Shown here: positions 63,651-64,000 of the stretch, piece after piece | How the letters are laid out: each line of letters starts with the position of its first letter | Position numbering within the stretch: position 1 is the first letter of the stretch | From: Octopus bimaculoides | Lineage: Eukaryota | NCBI RefSeq assembly: GCF_001194135.2 | Contig: NC_068981.1 | Coordinates: forward strand, 120,569,534-120,633,533 | DNA: 64,000 bases | Reading direction: 5' to 3' | Notes under the pieces: model-generated | What the model saw: only the letters and a program-made list of their open reading frames with translations | Databases searched by the model: none | What the model was told of the DNA's origin: nothing | Position numbers and translations under genes: made by a program

Positions 63651-64000
63651 ATGAATGAATGGGAGAAAGAGAGCCTGCCGTATGTCGACCCAACAGAGGG
63701 ACCAGCTATCCGAGTTGATAGTACCAGGGTAGGTAAAGCAATTAAGAGTATGAAGACAGGGATAGCCCCCGGCCCATCAGGAATTACTGCAGAGATGCTC
63801 AAAATATCTGGCAGTGTTGGCTACAGCCTAGTCACCCGTATTATTACGAACCAGGTGTTACACAAAGGAGTCATACCCAATGACTGGTGTAGCAGCACCA
63901 TAGTCAACTGCTACAAAGGTAAAGGTGACGCTTTAGATACAAATAATTACAGAGGCATCAAGCTGTTAGATCAGGTTATGAAAGTTACGGAGAGGGTCAT
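63651..64000 (+). mobile_element. RTE-clade LINE, 5'-truncated, reading frame open to the window end (RT domain start)
   Basis: MNEWEKESLPYVDPTEGPAIRV..KAIKSMKTGIAPGPSGITAEML..GVIPNDWCSSTIVNCYKGKGDALDTNNYRGIKLLDQVMKVTERV; no stop, which is why it is absent from the ORF track. Confidence 0.92.

Overview
AT-rich eukaryotic genomic DNA with 11 N-gaps, most flanked by (TA)n, dense (TA)/(CA)/(AG)/(ATT)/(CAT) microsatellites and a very high load of short repeats. The SINE families look like those I recall from Octopus (cephalopod); that is an inference and was not checked against a database. I cannot name any host protein-coding gene. The only gene-like signal is a repeat-poor block at about 21-23.4 kb with consensus splice sites, read as probable 5' non-coding exons on the minus strand and a possible divergent MEEDDTK first exon on the plus strand. 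The recognisable coding remnants are all transposon-derived: Penelope-like (GIY-YIG end at 48.5-50 kb, RT fragment at 32.6-33 kb), RTE, CR1/L2-like, L1/Tx1-like and CRE-like RLE retrotransposon fragments, plus mariner and maT/DD37D transposase relics. There are also hAT-, piggyBac- and mariner-type MITEs and at least seven SINE-like families (labels AB, C, D, E, F, G are mine). Best leads: (1) a ~320-bp element with two tandem minimal hammerhead-ribozyme-like motifs, plus a third copy elsewhere; (2) a SINE and LINE sharing a 3' tail hairpin with different but still pairing stems; (3) an inverted-repeat element that appears to have captured neighbouring DNA; (4) three different retroelements inserted at nearly the same spot in one MITE family; (5) several long hairpins and local duplications. 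No CRISPR array, rRNA or intact tRNA gene was seen. All alignments and counts were done by eye.
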